Virus record (IMG/VR): IMGVR_UViG_3300036766_001847
Coordinates: 1 to 53,271 of that record
Reading direction: 5' to 3' (one strand)
From: a virus
Lineage: Duplodnaviria > Caudoviricetes
DNA length: 53,271 nt
This document shows, one piece after another, positions 9,837-17,322 of this stretch. The position numbers and the translations under genes are program-made. Under the pieces are notes generated by a model. It made no database searches and had not been told where the DNA came from. It was given only the letters and a program-made list of their open reading frames with translations. Numbering within the stretch: position 1 is the first letter of the stretch; each line of letters begins with the position of its first letter.

Positions 9837-10541
9837 GTGCCCGCCCGGCTCGTCACCGCGCCGGAGACCGAGCCCGTCTCCGTGGCGGAGGCGAAGGCCC
9901 ATCTCCGGCTCGATGCCGACGACGACGACGCGACCGTAGCGGCGCTCATTCAGGCGGCGCGCCAGCATGTCGAGAAGACCTGCCGCCGCGGGCTGGTGAC
10001 CCAGACATGGGAGTTGGTGCTCGAGCGCTTCCCGCTCCGGGTCCTCGACTTCACCCGCTACCACCTCTTCCCTGGGGGCGTCGTCGGCCAGCCTCCCGGG
10101 CTGCTGAGCCACCACTCGCACCCGCGGGACCCCTACGGCTCGTTCGAGCTGCCCGAGGGCGCCCTAGCGAAGCTCGTCGACGGCTCAGGTAACCCCCTGA
10201 GCCCGGTCCTGTCGGTGAAGTACATCGACGGCGCCGGCGTCGAGCAGACCCTCGCCGAGGGCACCGACTACGTGGTGGACAGCGTCGACGAGCCCGGCCG
10301 CGTCCTGCTCGCCTACGGGAAGAGCTGGCCCGCCACCCGCGCGCAGTGGGACGCGGTCAAGGTCCGGTACACCGTGGGGTGGTCGGTGGAGGACGTGCCG
10401 CAGCCGATCAAGTCGGCGATGCTCTTGCTCGTTTCGCAGCTGTACGAGCACCGGACCCCCGAGGTCATCGGCGCCGTCATCTCCAAGGTGCAGTTCGCGG
10501 TGGACAACCTGCTCGCGGGCTACCTTCTGGTGAGGGTGTAG
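9837..10541 (+). CDS. Head-tail connector (gp6-like)
   Basis: EPVSVAEAKAHLRLD, LIQAAR, TQTW, VPQPIKSAMLLLVSQLYEHR. Confidence 0.92.
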   Translation: MPARLVTAPETEPVSVAEAKAHLRLDADDDDATVAALIQAARQHVEKTCRRGLVTQTWELVLERFPLRVLDFTRYHLFPGGVVGQPPGLLSHHSHPRDPYGSFELPEGALAKLVDGSGNPLSPVLSVKYIDGAGVEQTLAEGTDYVVDSVDEPGRVLLAYGKSWPATRAQWDAVKVRYTVGWSVEDVPQPIKSAMLLLVSQLYEHRTPEVIGAVISKVQFAVDNLLAGYLLVRV

Positions 10542-10888
10542 TGATTCGCGCGGGCCAGATGCGCCAGACCGTGCGGATCGAGCAGCGCTCGAAGTCCCAG
10601 GACGCCGCGGGCGAGCCGCTCGACAGCTGGACCCTCTTCGCCGAGCGCCGGGCGGCCATCCAGCGCGCGCCAGGCAAGGAACTCTGGGCGAGCGGTGAGC
10701 GGCAGGGGCGCGTGCCGACCGTCTTCCGGCTCCGCTACCTCGATGGCGTGCTCCCGGAGATGCGGCTGTTGCTCAAGAAGCCCAAGGGCGAGTGGGCGCT
10801 CTACGACATCGTCTCCGCGACGGACCCTGACGGGCGGCGTGAAGAGCTCATCGTGACCTGCACCGAGTGGGTGGGGGCGAAGCCTTGA
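10541..10888 (+). CDS. Head closure / head-tail adaptor
   Basis: RAGQMRQTVRIEQ...DAAGE...W, LRY..GV...MR, YDI; GTG start at 10541. Confidence 0.88.
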   Translation: MIRAGQMRQTVRIEQRSKSQDAAGEPLDSWTLFAERRAAIQRAPGKELWASGERQGRVPTVFRLRYLDGVLPEMRLLLKKPKGEWALYDIVSATDPDGRREELIVTCTEWVGAKP

Positions 10889-10890
10889 GG

Positions 10891-11148
10891 ATGCCGTGGG
10901 CCAGCTGGGCGCGCATTCCGATGCGGGTCTCCGTCAATGGGGGCCGCCATCTCGCGGTGCCCCTTCTGCCGTTTCGCATGCGCTTCAGCTCCGCGAACAA
11001 CGGGACCACGGTCGTGGTTCTCACCGGATGGACCCGGTGGCTCGCCTTCCTCTTTGCCAGGGTGGTTGTGTGGGCGATCGCCTTGCTCGCCCTGGTCTTC
11101 GATTGGAAGGTGGACGTCGAGATTGGGCAGAGCGAGGCCGTCCCGTGA
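10891..11148 (+). CDS. Small membrane protein inserted in the neck module
   Basis: Hydrophobic C-terminal segment; stop overlaps the next GTG. Confidence 0.45.
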   Translation: MPWASWARIPMRVSVNGGRHLAVPLLPFRMRFSSANNGTTVVVLTGWTRWLAFLFARVVVWAIALLALVFDWKVDVEIGQSEAVP

Positions 11149-11645
11149 TCATCGCCAACATCACCGGCGCCAAGGAGCTCGAAGCCCAGCTGCTCGAGCT
11201 GAACAACGTCGCGCTCGCGGTGAAGGTCATCGCCGCGGCGGCGCGGAAGGCCTTCCTGCCGGTCATCGAAGACGCCAGGGGCATGGTGCCCACGGACAGC
11301 ACGGCGCTCAGGGACTCGATCAAGATCACGACCAAGAAGTCTAAGGACGGCGACGCGGTCGTCATCGTTGGGTTGAAGATCGCCGGCCCTAGGCGGAACT
11401 CGAGGAAGTGGTTCGAGCGGCGCAACGCTGGCGAGGAGAAGCTCATCGCGCCGAAATCCCGCTGGCATTTCGTCGAGTTCGGAGCGGCCCACAACGCCGC
11501 GCACCCTTTCATCCGCCCGGCCCTCGACCGGAACGCCACCAAGATCGTCATGCTCCTCAAGGAAGAGCTGGTGAAGGGAATCGCCCGGGCGGTGAAGAAG
11601 CAGGCGCGGGCTGATGCCGGCTGGAAGGTCCGGGTGCTCGAGTGA
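11145..11645 (+). CDS. HK97 gp10-family tail component
   Basis: ITGAKEL, P.DS.ALRDSI, WHFVEFG, AHPFIRPALD. Confidence 0.9.
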   Translation: MIIANITGAKELEAQLLELNNVALAVKVIAAAARKAFLPVIEDARGMVPTDSTALRDSIKITTKKSKDGDAVVIVGLKIAGPRRNSRKWFERRNAGEEKLIAPKSRWHFVEFGAAHNAAHPFIRPALDRNATKIVMLLKEELVKGIARAVKKQARADAGWKVRVLE

Positions 11646-12016
11646 TGGTCATCGAGGCAGTGCTCGCCGAGCTCGCGAAGGACGCCACCGTGACCGCGCT
11701 GGTGGGGACGAGCGTCTTCCCCCAGGCGGCGCCCGAGGGCGAGCAGCCCCCGCACGTGGTGCTCTCGGTCGTCTCCGACGTCCCTGAGAATTCGTTCACC
11801 GGCACCGAGGCTGACCGGACCCGGAGCATCCGCCTGCAGGTCGACTGCTACGCCAAGGGCTACATCAAGGTCCACCAGGTGGCCGACGCCGTCGCCGCGG
11901 TGCTCGGCGCGCTCGCGCGGCCGGACCTCTCCGCGGTGCGCGAGATAAGCCGGGACCTCTACGACGACCCGACACAGCTGCACCGCGTCTCCTCGGATTT
12001 CTCCGTCACGATGTAG
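11642..12016 (+). CDS. Tail terminator / completion protein (DUF3168-like)
   Basis: VTALVG..VFP..AP, RLQVDCYA, LHRVSSDF. Confidence 0.85.
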   Translation: MMVIEAVLAELAKDATVTALVGTSVFPQAAPEGEQPPHVVLSVVSDVPENSFTGTEADRTRSIRLQVDCYAKGYIKVHQVADAVAAVLGALARPDLSAVREISRDLYDDPTQLHRVSSDFSVTM

Positions 12017-12029
12017 CGGCGAAAGAGCT

Positions 12030-12051
12030 GTCCACGGCCCGGGCGAGGATG
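12030..12051 (+). promoter_or_regulatory. Late-module motif, copy 3 (GTCCACG-gcccgggcg-AGGATG)
   Basis: Upstream of the tail tube gene; nearly identical to copy 2 over about 32 bp. Confidence 0.8.
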
Positions 12052-12090
12052 TTGCCCGCTCGCTCGAAACCGTTCTGGAGGTAGCCCGAG

Positions 12091-12528
12091 ATGACCACGA
12101 AGGCGAAAGCAACGCGGGGGACAAAGCTCCAGCGCGGAGACGGCGCGACCCCGGAGACTTTTACCACCATCGCCGAGGTGAGGTCGTCCAAGGGGCCCAG
12201 CACCAAGGTCGGAACCATCGACGCGACCACGTATGACTCGACGGCCAAGGAGTTCGTCGCCGACATCCCGGACGCGGGCGAGGTCACCTTCGAGCTCAAC
12301 GAAGTTGCCTCCGATGTCCAGCAACAGGGCCTGCAGGCGGACAGGGACGCGGGAACGCTGCGCAACTTCAGGCTGGTCAAGAATGACCATCCGATCGCCC
12401 CGTCCACGACCACGTTCGCGTCCCTCACCATTGGCTATGACCCGGAGGCGCCTGCGGGAGCGCTCTACAAGGCGAGCGTGACCCTGAAGGTCTCGGGACT
12501 GCCGGTCCGCACCTACGCCCCGAGTTAG
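12091..12528 (+). CDS. Major tail tube protein
   Basis: GTKLQRGDG..PETFT.IAEV, IDATT.DS.AKEF...PDAGEV, SVTLKVSG. Confidence 0.88.
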   Translation: MTTKAKATRGTKLQRGDGATPETFTTIAEVRSSKGPSTKVGTIDATTYDSTAKEFVADIPDAGEVTFELNEVASDVQQQGLQADRDAGTLRNFRLVKNDHPIAPSTTTFASLTIGYDPEAPAGALYKASVTLKVSGLPVRTYAPS

Positions 12529-12585
12529 TCGGATACCCGAGCAAACCTCCCGGGTTCGCCCGGCACGCAGACGGAGAACACGACC

Positions 12586-12924
12586 ATGACGCTCCTCCCC
12601 CCAGCCGTTACCGACCGCGTCGGCGTGGACATCGCCGGCGCTGCGGCCACCTCGACCACCGGCGACACCTTCGCCAACAGCGGGTCCGAACTGCTCTTTG
12701 TCAAGAACGGCGCCGGCGCGCCCATCACGCTCACGCTGGACATCCAGTCGAAGCTCGACGGCCAGGCGCTGACCGACCCGGCGCCGAGCCTGACGAACGG
12801 GCACACCTACGTCCTCGGGCCGTTCCCGCCCGCGTACTACAACGACGCCAACGGGCGCGTGAAGGTCACATGCAGCGACGCGACCAGCATCACCCTCAAG
12901 GTCATCAAGCCGGCGACCACCTAG
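12586..12924 (+). CDS. Small beta-rich tail-module protein, paralog A
   Basis: GDTFANSG.ELL.VKN...GPFPP..YND; aligns end to end with 12953..13297. Confidence 0.75.
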   Translation: MTLLPPAVTDRVGVDIAGAAATSTTGDTFANSGSELLFVKNGAGAPITLTLDIQSKLDGQALTDPAPSLTNGHTYVLGPFPPAYYNDANGRVKVTCSDATSITLKVIKPATT

Positions 12925-12952
12925 CCGCCACCGCCTCACCCGGAGAACCGCA

Positions 12953-13297
12953 ATGGCCCTTCTCGACATCGCCGTGGCCGCCCGCGCAGGGGCCGACATC
13001 ACCGGAGTGGTCCCGACGGCTTCGACCGGCGACACCTTCGCCAGCACCGGCGCCGAACTGGTGGTGGTGAACAACGCCAGCGCAAGCCCCATCAACGTCA
13101 CCGCCCACATCCCGACCACGATCGACGGCGCGGCGCCGACCGCGGACCCCGTGCACTCGGTGGGCGCGCACAGCACCTCCATCTTCGGGCCCTACCCCCC
13201 GGGCATCTACAACGACCCGACGACCGGGCTGACGAAGCTCACCTGCTCGGCCGTGACCAACGTCACCGTCGCGGTCGCGAAGGCCGGCTCCGCGTAA
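12953..13297 (+). CDS. Small beta-rich tail-module protein, paralog B
   Basis: GDTFASTG.ELV.VNN...GPYPP..YND. Confidence 0.75.
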   Translation: MALLDIAVAARAGADITGVVPTASTGDTFASTGAELVVVNNASASPINVTAHIPTTIDGAAPTADPVHSVGAHSTSIFGPYPPGIYNDPTTGLTKLTCSAVTNVTVAVAKAGSA

Positions 13298-13309
13298 CCC
13301 GAGGTACTC

Positions 13310-13705
13310 ATGGACATCCTCACGCAGGAGAAGCTGCTTGCGGTGCAGAACCGCAAGTTCGAGCTCGTCGACGTCCCCGAGCTGGGCGGCAGCGTGCGCC
13401 TCGGCAGTCCGACCGCCGCAACCGTCATCGAGATTCGGCAGCTCGAGCGCCGTCGCGCGAAGGGGGAGGACGTCGAGAAGGACCTGACGTTGCTCCTCAT
13501 CTCGTCCACGGTAGTCGATGGCGTGGGCCGGGCCGTCTTCGACAAGGAGACCGCGGCGGCCTTCCTGGACCGCATCTCGCCGGACACGATGGCGAAGCTC
13601 GTCGAGGAGTCGACGCGCATGATGAAGGGCGCGACCCAGGGCCAGGCCCCGGCGTCCCCCTCCGTGGCCAGCCCGAGCGCGTCCTCGCCCACAGGCTCTG
13701 TCTAA
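13310..13705 (+). CDS. Tail assembly chaperone (G)
   Basis: VDVPELGGSVRL motif; located between tail tube and tape measure. Confidence 0.8.
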   Translation: MDILTQEKLLAVQNRKFELVDVPELGGSVRLGSPTAATVIEIRQLERRRAKGEDVEKDLTLLLISSTVVDGVGRAVFDKETAAAFLDRISPDTMAKLVEESTRMMKGATQGQAPASPSVASPSASSPTGSV

Positions 13706-13983
13706 AGCTCGGCTACTGGCCGCACCCGGACTACCTGCTCTCCCTGCTCTCGCCCCGCCAATGGGACGACTGGCGCGAGTACTGGGAGCTCGAGCCCTGG
13801 GGTTTCCCCGCCGAGGACCTCCGGTTGGGCGTGACCTGCGAGACGATCGCACGGTCGGTCGGGTCCGACCTCTCGCGGACGGCCTTCATGGTGCGGCCGC
13901 CCGAGGAGGAAGAGGCCGATCCAGATGAGGACCCCTTCGACGCCTTCTGTGACCTGTTTGACCCGAAGAAGAAGCAAGGGTGA
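13654..13983 (+). CDS. Tail assembly chaperone T segment (-1 frame of G; probable G-T frameshift product)
   Basis: The -1 frame reads PLRGQPERVLAHRLCLKLGYWPHPDYLLSLLSPRQWDDWREYWELEPWG...KKQG* and has no start codon of its own for this part. Confidence 0.75.
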   Translation, partial: VPLRGQPERVLAHRLCLKLGYWPHPDYLLSLLSPRQWDDWREYWELEPWGFPAEDLRLGVTCETIARSVGSDLSRTAFMVRPPEEEEADPDEDPFDAFCDLFDPKKKQG

Positions 13984-13996
13984 GCCGGGCGGACCC

Positions 13997-14018
13997 GTCC
14001 ACGCCCGGGGAGAAGATG
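13997..14018 (+). promoter_or_regulatory. Late-module motif, copy 4 (GTCCACG-cccggggag-AAGATG)
   Basis: Ends 7 nt before the tape measure ATG. Confidence 0.75.
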
Positions 14019-14025
14019 AATTCCG

Positions 14026-16563
14026 ATGTCTAAGACCCTCGCCTCTCTTGTCGTGAGCCTCCAGGTCGAGTCCGCGCAGCTGCGCGCCGGGCTCGACAGG
14101 GCGAACGCGGACATCAAGAAGTTCTCTGACGAGGCAGAGGGCGGCTTCACCATCCTCAAGGGGGCGATGGCGGATCTCGCCGCGGAGGGCGTCGAGAAGC
14201 TGCTCGGCTTCGCGGAAGAAGGCGTCAAGTCCTTCATCCGGTTCGACCAGGCGCAGAGGCAGCTCGCGGCCGCCACCGGAGAGAACGCGGAGGCCTTCAC
14301 CGCGCAGGCCGAGGCGCTGCGCGACAACCTCGGGGTGAGCGTCACCTCGGTGATGCACCTCGACATGCTCGCGGCGCGCTACGGCACCAACCACGGGCAG
14401 ATCAGCCAACTCACCAAGGACGTCCTCGACTACTCGGCTGCGACCGGGCACGACGCCAGCCAGGCAATGGAGACGCTCCTCAAGGGCGTCGAGAACGGCG
14501 GGTCCGGCCTGAAGCGGATGGGAATCGCCTACCAGTCGACGGGCGACTCGGCGAAGGACCTCGACCAGGCGATGGCCATTCTCGAGGGCCGCTTCGGGGG
14601 AGCGGCGCAGGTGAACGCCGAGTCTCTCGGCGGCCAGCTCGAGGTGATGAAGGGCCAGATGGAGGCCCTCGGCGAGGCGTTCGGAAAGTTCATTGCCGAC
14701 GTCAACACGAAGCTCGGCGTCCTGAAAGCGTTGACGGAGACCTTCAGGGATCTCCGGACTCTGATGGACTCGAAGTTCACTGGCTTCACCATCGACTCCA
14801 GGGGCATCGGCGCGGACTTCGAGACGCCCGAGCAGCAGAGGCACAACGCGCAGAGCGATGAGGAGGACGTCCTCAAGAAGCAGCAGGCGAAGCTGCAGGA
14901 GGCCCAGGCAAGCGCTGCGCGCGGGATGGGGGCCTCGACCTCCGAGGAGATCGCCGCGCTGAAGAAGTCGGTCGAGGTTCACCAGACGCGACTCGCCGTG
15001 ATGAAGGCCGAAGCGGCGATCTCAGAGGCGCAAGGCAAGGTCGACCCGGACAAGGGGCCGACAAGCCACCACGTAGGAGCGGAGGCCCGCGACCCGACCG
15101 CCCGCATCAAGCGCGCGCTCGAGGCGCAGATGGAGAACGCGCACAAGCTGGCCGTCGAGGCCATCAAGGACCAGGAGGATCAGGAGAAGCGCCAGTTCCG
15201 GATCGACAAGGACCTATTCCAGGCCCAGCTCGAGATGAAGAAGATCCTCGGCGACGCCGACCTCCGGGATGCCCACATCCTCGGCGTCGCAATGCGCAAG
15301 GAGTTCATGGAGTCGCTCGACGTCGCCGGGAAGCTGTGGGGCGGAATGCAAACGACCGTCGGAGGGGCGCCCGGGCACCACAATGCTGCGGTCCTCACGG
15401 TGACCGCGCCGGCCGCTCCGGACGATGTGAGTGGTCCCAGCCCGATCACGAGGGTACAGGCGGCTTTCCTGACCCTGGGCGACATGCTCGGGGGCAAGCT
15501 GGCCGAGCTCGGAGGGACGGTCGGGATGGTCCTCGACCGGGCCGCGCTGTCCCTCAGCCGCGGCGCCGAAGCCGGTGTCGGCTACCTGGTCGACTCCATC
15601 AAGAGCGCGGCAAGCGCGGTCCTGGACGGCGTGATGGGGAGCATGGGCGAGCTCGGAACGCTGATGAGCGGCGTGATGAAGGGCTTCCAGTCGGGCGGCA
15701 TCTGGGGCGCGCTGGCGGCGGCAATCTCCCAAATCATGCAGCACGCACCTTCCTTCGCCACCACGCTCAAGATCGTCTCCGGCATCTTCCAGCAGCTCGG
15801 TTCGAAGCTAGACCGCCTGGCAACGTCGATGCAGCCGTTGATTGCGGCCATCGGGACCGTGATCGGCCAGGTCCTGGACGCGATCGCGCCGGTGCTCAAC
15901 TCCCTGGGCGGTCTTTTCCGGGCACTCATTCCCTGGCTGGCGATGCTGGGGCCGGCCCTCCAGTCGCTGGCTCCGCTCTTCCATGCCATCGCGTGGATTT
16001 TCACCGCGCTCGCGCCGGTGTTGGACAAGCTATTCCAGGCCAGCAAGTGGATGGCGATCGCCACCCTGAACGTCGTCAAGGCGATGGGAGACGCCTGGGA
16101 TTTCATGGTCGTCGAGCTGGCCCAGTTCGCCTGGGGGCTCGGGCTCAATGACCTCGGGAACACGATCCAGGGCCTCTACATCCATATGAACGGGCTCGAC
16201 AAGGCGATCACCGACATGAACGCGGTGACCATCGCCGGTTCCCAGGCGGCAGCCGACAACGCGGCGGCCCAGGATGCGGCCGCCGGCGCGGCGGCGAAGG
16301 CCGCCGGGGGCATGAAGTCGTTCTCGGAGCAGATCGCCAACGGTCCCAGCGGCTGGAACGCCGCCGGCGCGCGCTATGGCGCCGAGGGAACGGGAGGGGG
16401 ATCGCGCTTTGGGATGCCACCCCCTGGCGGAACCGCAGCGCCAGGCGGCGGCCCGGCCGTGCAGGTTATCGTGCACGGCAACGTCTACGCCGACGACCTC
16501 CAGCAGAAGGTGAGCGACGCAGTCCAGAAGCAGTTCTTCTACCTGCACGGGGTGCCCGCGTGA
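14026..16563 (+). CDS. Tape measure protein
   Basis: LASLVVSL N-terminus; long Ala/Gly-rich helical protein with 11-residue amphipathic periodicity; follows the chaperones. Confidence 0.92.
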   Translation: MSKTLASLVVSLQVESAQLRAGLDRANADIKKFSDEAEGGFTILKGAMADLAAEGVEKLLGFAEEGVKSFIRFDQAQRQLAAATGENAEAFTAQAEALRDNLGVSVTSVMHLDMLAARYGTNHGQISQLTKDVLDYSAATGHDASQAMETLLKGVENGGSGLKRMGIAYQSTGDSAKDLDQAMAILEGRFGGAAQVNAESLGGQLEVMKGQMEALGEAFGKFIADVNTKLGVLKALTETFRDLRTLMDSKFTGFTIDSRGIGADFETPEQQRHNAQSDEEDVLKKQQAKLQEAQASAARGMGASTSEEIAALKKSVEVHQTRLAVMKAEAAISEAQGKVDPDKGPTSHHVGAEARDPTARIKRALEAQMENAHKLAVEAIKDQEDQEKRQFRIDKDLFQAQLEMKKILGDADLRDAHILGVAMRKEFMESLDVAGKLWGGMQTTVGGAPGHHNAAVLTVTAPAAPDDVSGPSPITRVQAAFLTLGDMLGGKLAELGGTVGMVLDRAALSLSRGAEAGVGYLVDSIKSAASAVLDGVMGSMGELGTLMSGVMKGFQSGGIWGALAAAISQIMQHAPSFATTLKIVSGIFQQLGSKLDRLATSMQPLIAAIGTVIGQVLDAIAPVLNSLGGLFRALIPWLAMLGPALQSLAPLFHAIAWIFTALAPVLDKLFQASKWMAIATLNVVKAMGDAWDFMVVELAQFAWGLGLNDLGNTIQGLYIHMNGLDKAITDMNAVTIAGSQAAADNAAAQDAAAGAAAKAAGGMKSFSEQIANGPSGWNAAGARYGAEGTGGGSRFGMPPPGGTAAPGGGPAVQVIVHGNVYADDLQQKVSDAVQKQFFYLHGVPA

Positions 16564-17321
16564 GCCTCCTCACGATCGCCGGCATCCCCTTCCCAGTCCT
16601 GGGCTCGACGAAGCCCGCGGACGTCAGTCGAGAAATCGGCTCCACATCGGAGGCCCAGAGCGGCGCGATGCGGAAATCCCGCCGGGCAATGAAAGGCGAC
16701 TTCCCGTCCATCGAGTCCCCTGCGATGGCCACGGCGACCGCCTATGCATGGGAGGCGCTCGTTCACGGGATTGGCGAGGCCTGGAGCTTCGACGGCTCGC
16801 TCTACGGGAGCGCGGGGACTGGGCCGAGCAGTTCGACGGGCTGCACCTGCGACACGACGCACGTAAAGTTCGGCGCGAAGGCACTGAAGGTCGCAAGCGG
16901 CGGCGCGTTCGTCGTTCCATGCCCGAGCGTCTGGACCGTTATCTTCTGGTACTGGAATGGCAGCGCGTTTGTCTACGATGTGGGCTCCTCGAATGGCCAT
17001 GGTTGGTACAACGGCGCCCGCAACGACTCGATCGCGGTGTACTTCGCGACGCTCATTTCGGCCGGAAGCCTGACCGTCCCCGATGGCGGCGGGGTCAATA
17101 GCTGGTACGACGACCTGGTCGTACTGCCATACGTCGCGCCCGATGCATGGCCCCCGCTCTGGTACGCGAGCGGGGTAGCCTTCTCGCCCCTGCCGAAGCT
17201 GCTCGTCACGGGTGACCTGGTTCCCGAGGGAACCCGGACGATGTACGGCGACTGCACCCCGTCCGCGCTGAAGGCTGCCACCGTGAGGCGGACGCTCTCG
17301 GTCTCGCTCAAGGAAGCCTGA
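16560..17321 (+). CDS. Distal-tail-like protein
   Basis: First gene after the tape measure, coupled by GTGA; beta-rich. Confidence 0.6.
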   Translation: MSLLTIAGIPFPVLGSTKPADVSREIGSTSEAQSGAMRKSRRAMKGDFPSIESPAMATATAYAWEALVHGIGEAWSFDGSLYGSAGTGPSSSTGCTCDTTHVKFGAKALKVASGGAFVVPCPSVWTVIFWYWNGSAFVYDVGSSNGHGWYNGARNDSIAVYFATLISAGSLTVPDGGGVNSWYDDLVVLPYVAPDAWPPLWYASGVAFSPLPKLLVTGDLVPEGTRTMYGDCTPSALKAATVRRTLSVSLKEA

Positions 17322-17322
17322 C

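Noticed and set aside
7236-10121. Very long antisense and alternate-frame ORFs (e.g. 961 aa at 7236-10121, 769 aa at 41270-43579, 650 aa at 6377-8329)
   Set aside because: Shadow frames of high-GC genes; they overlap well-supported CDSs and show no motifs.
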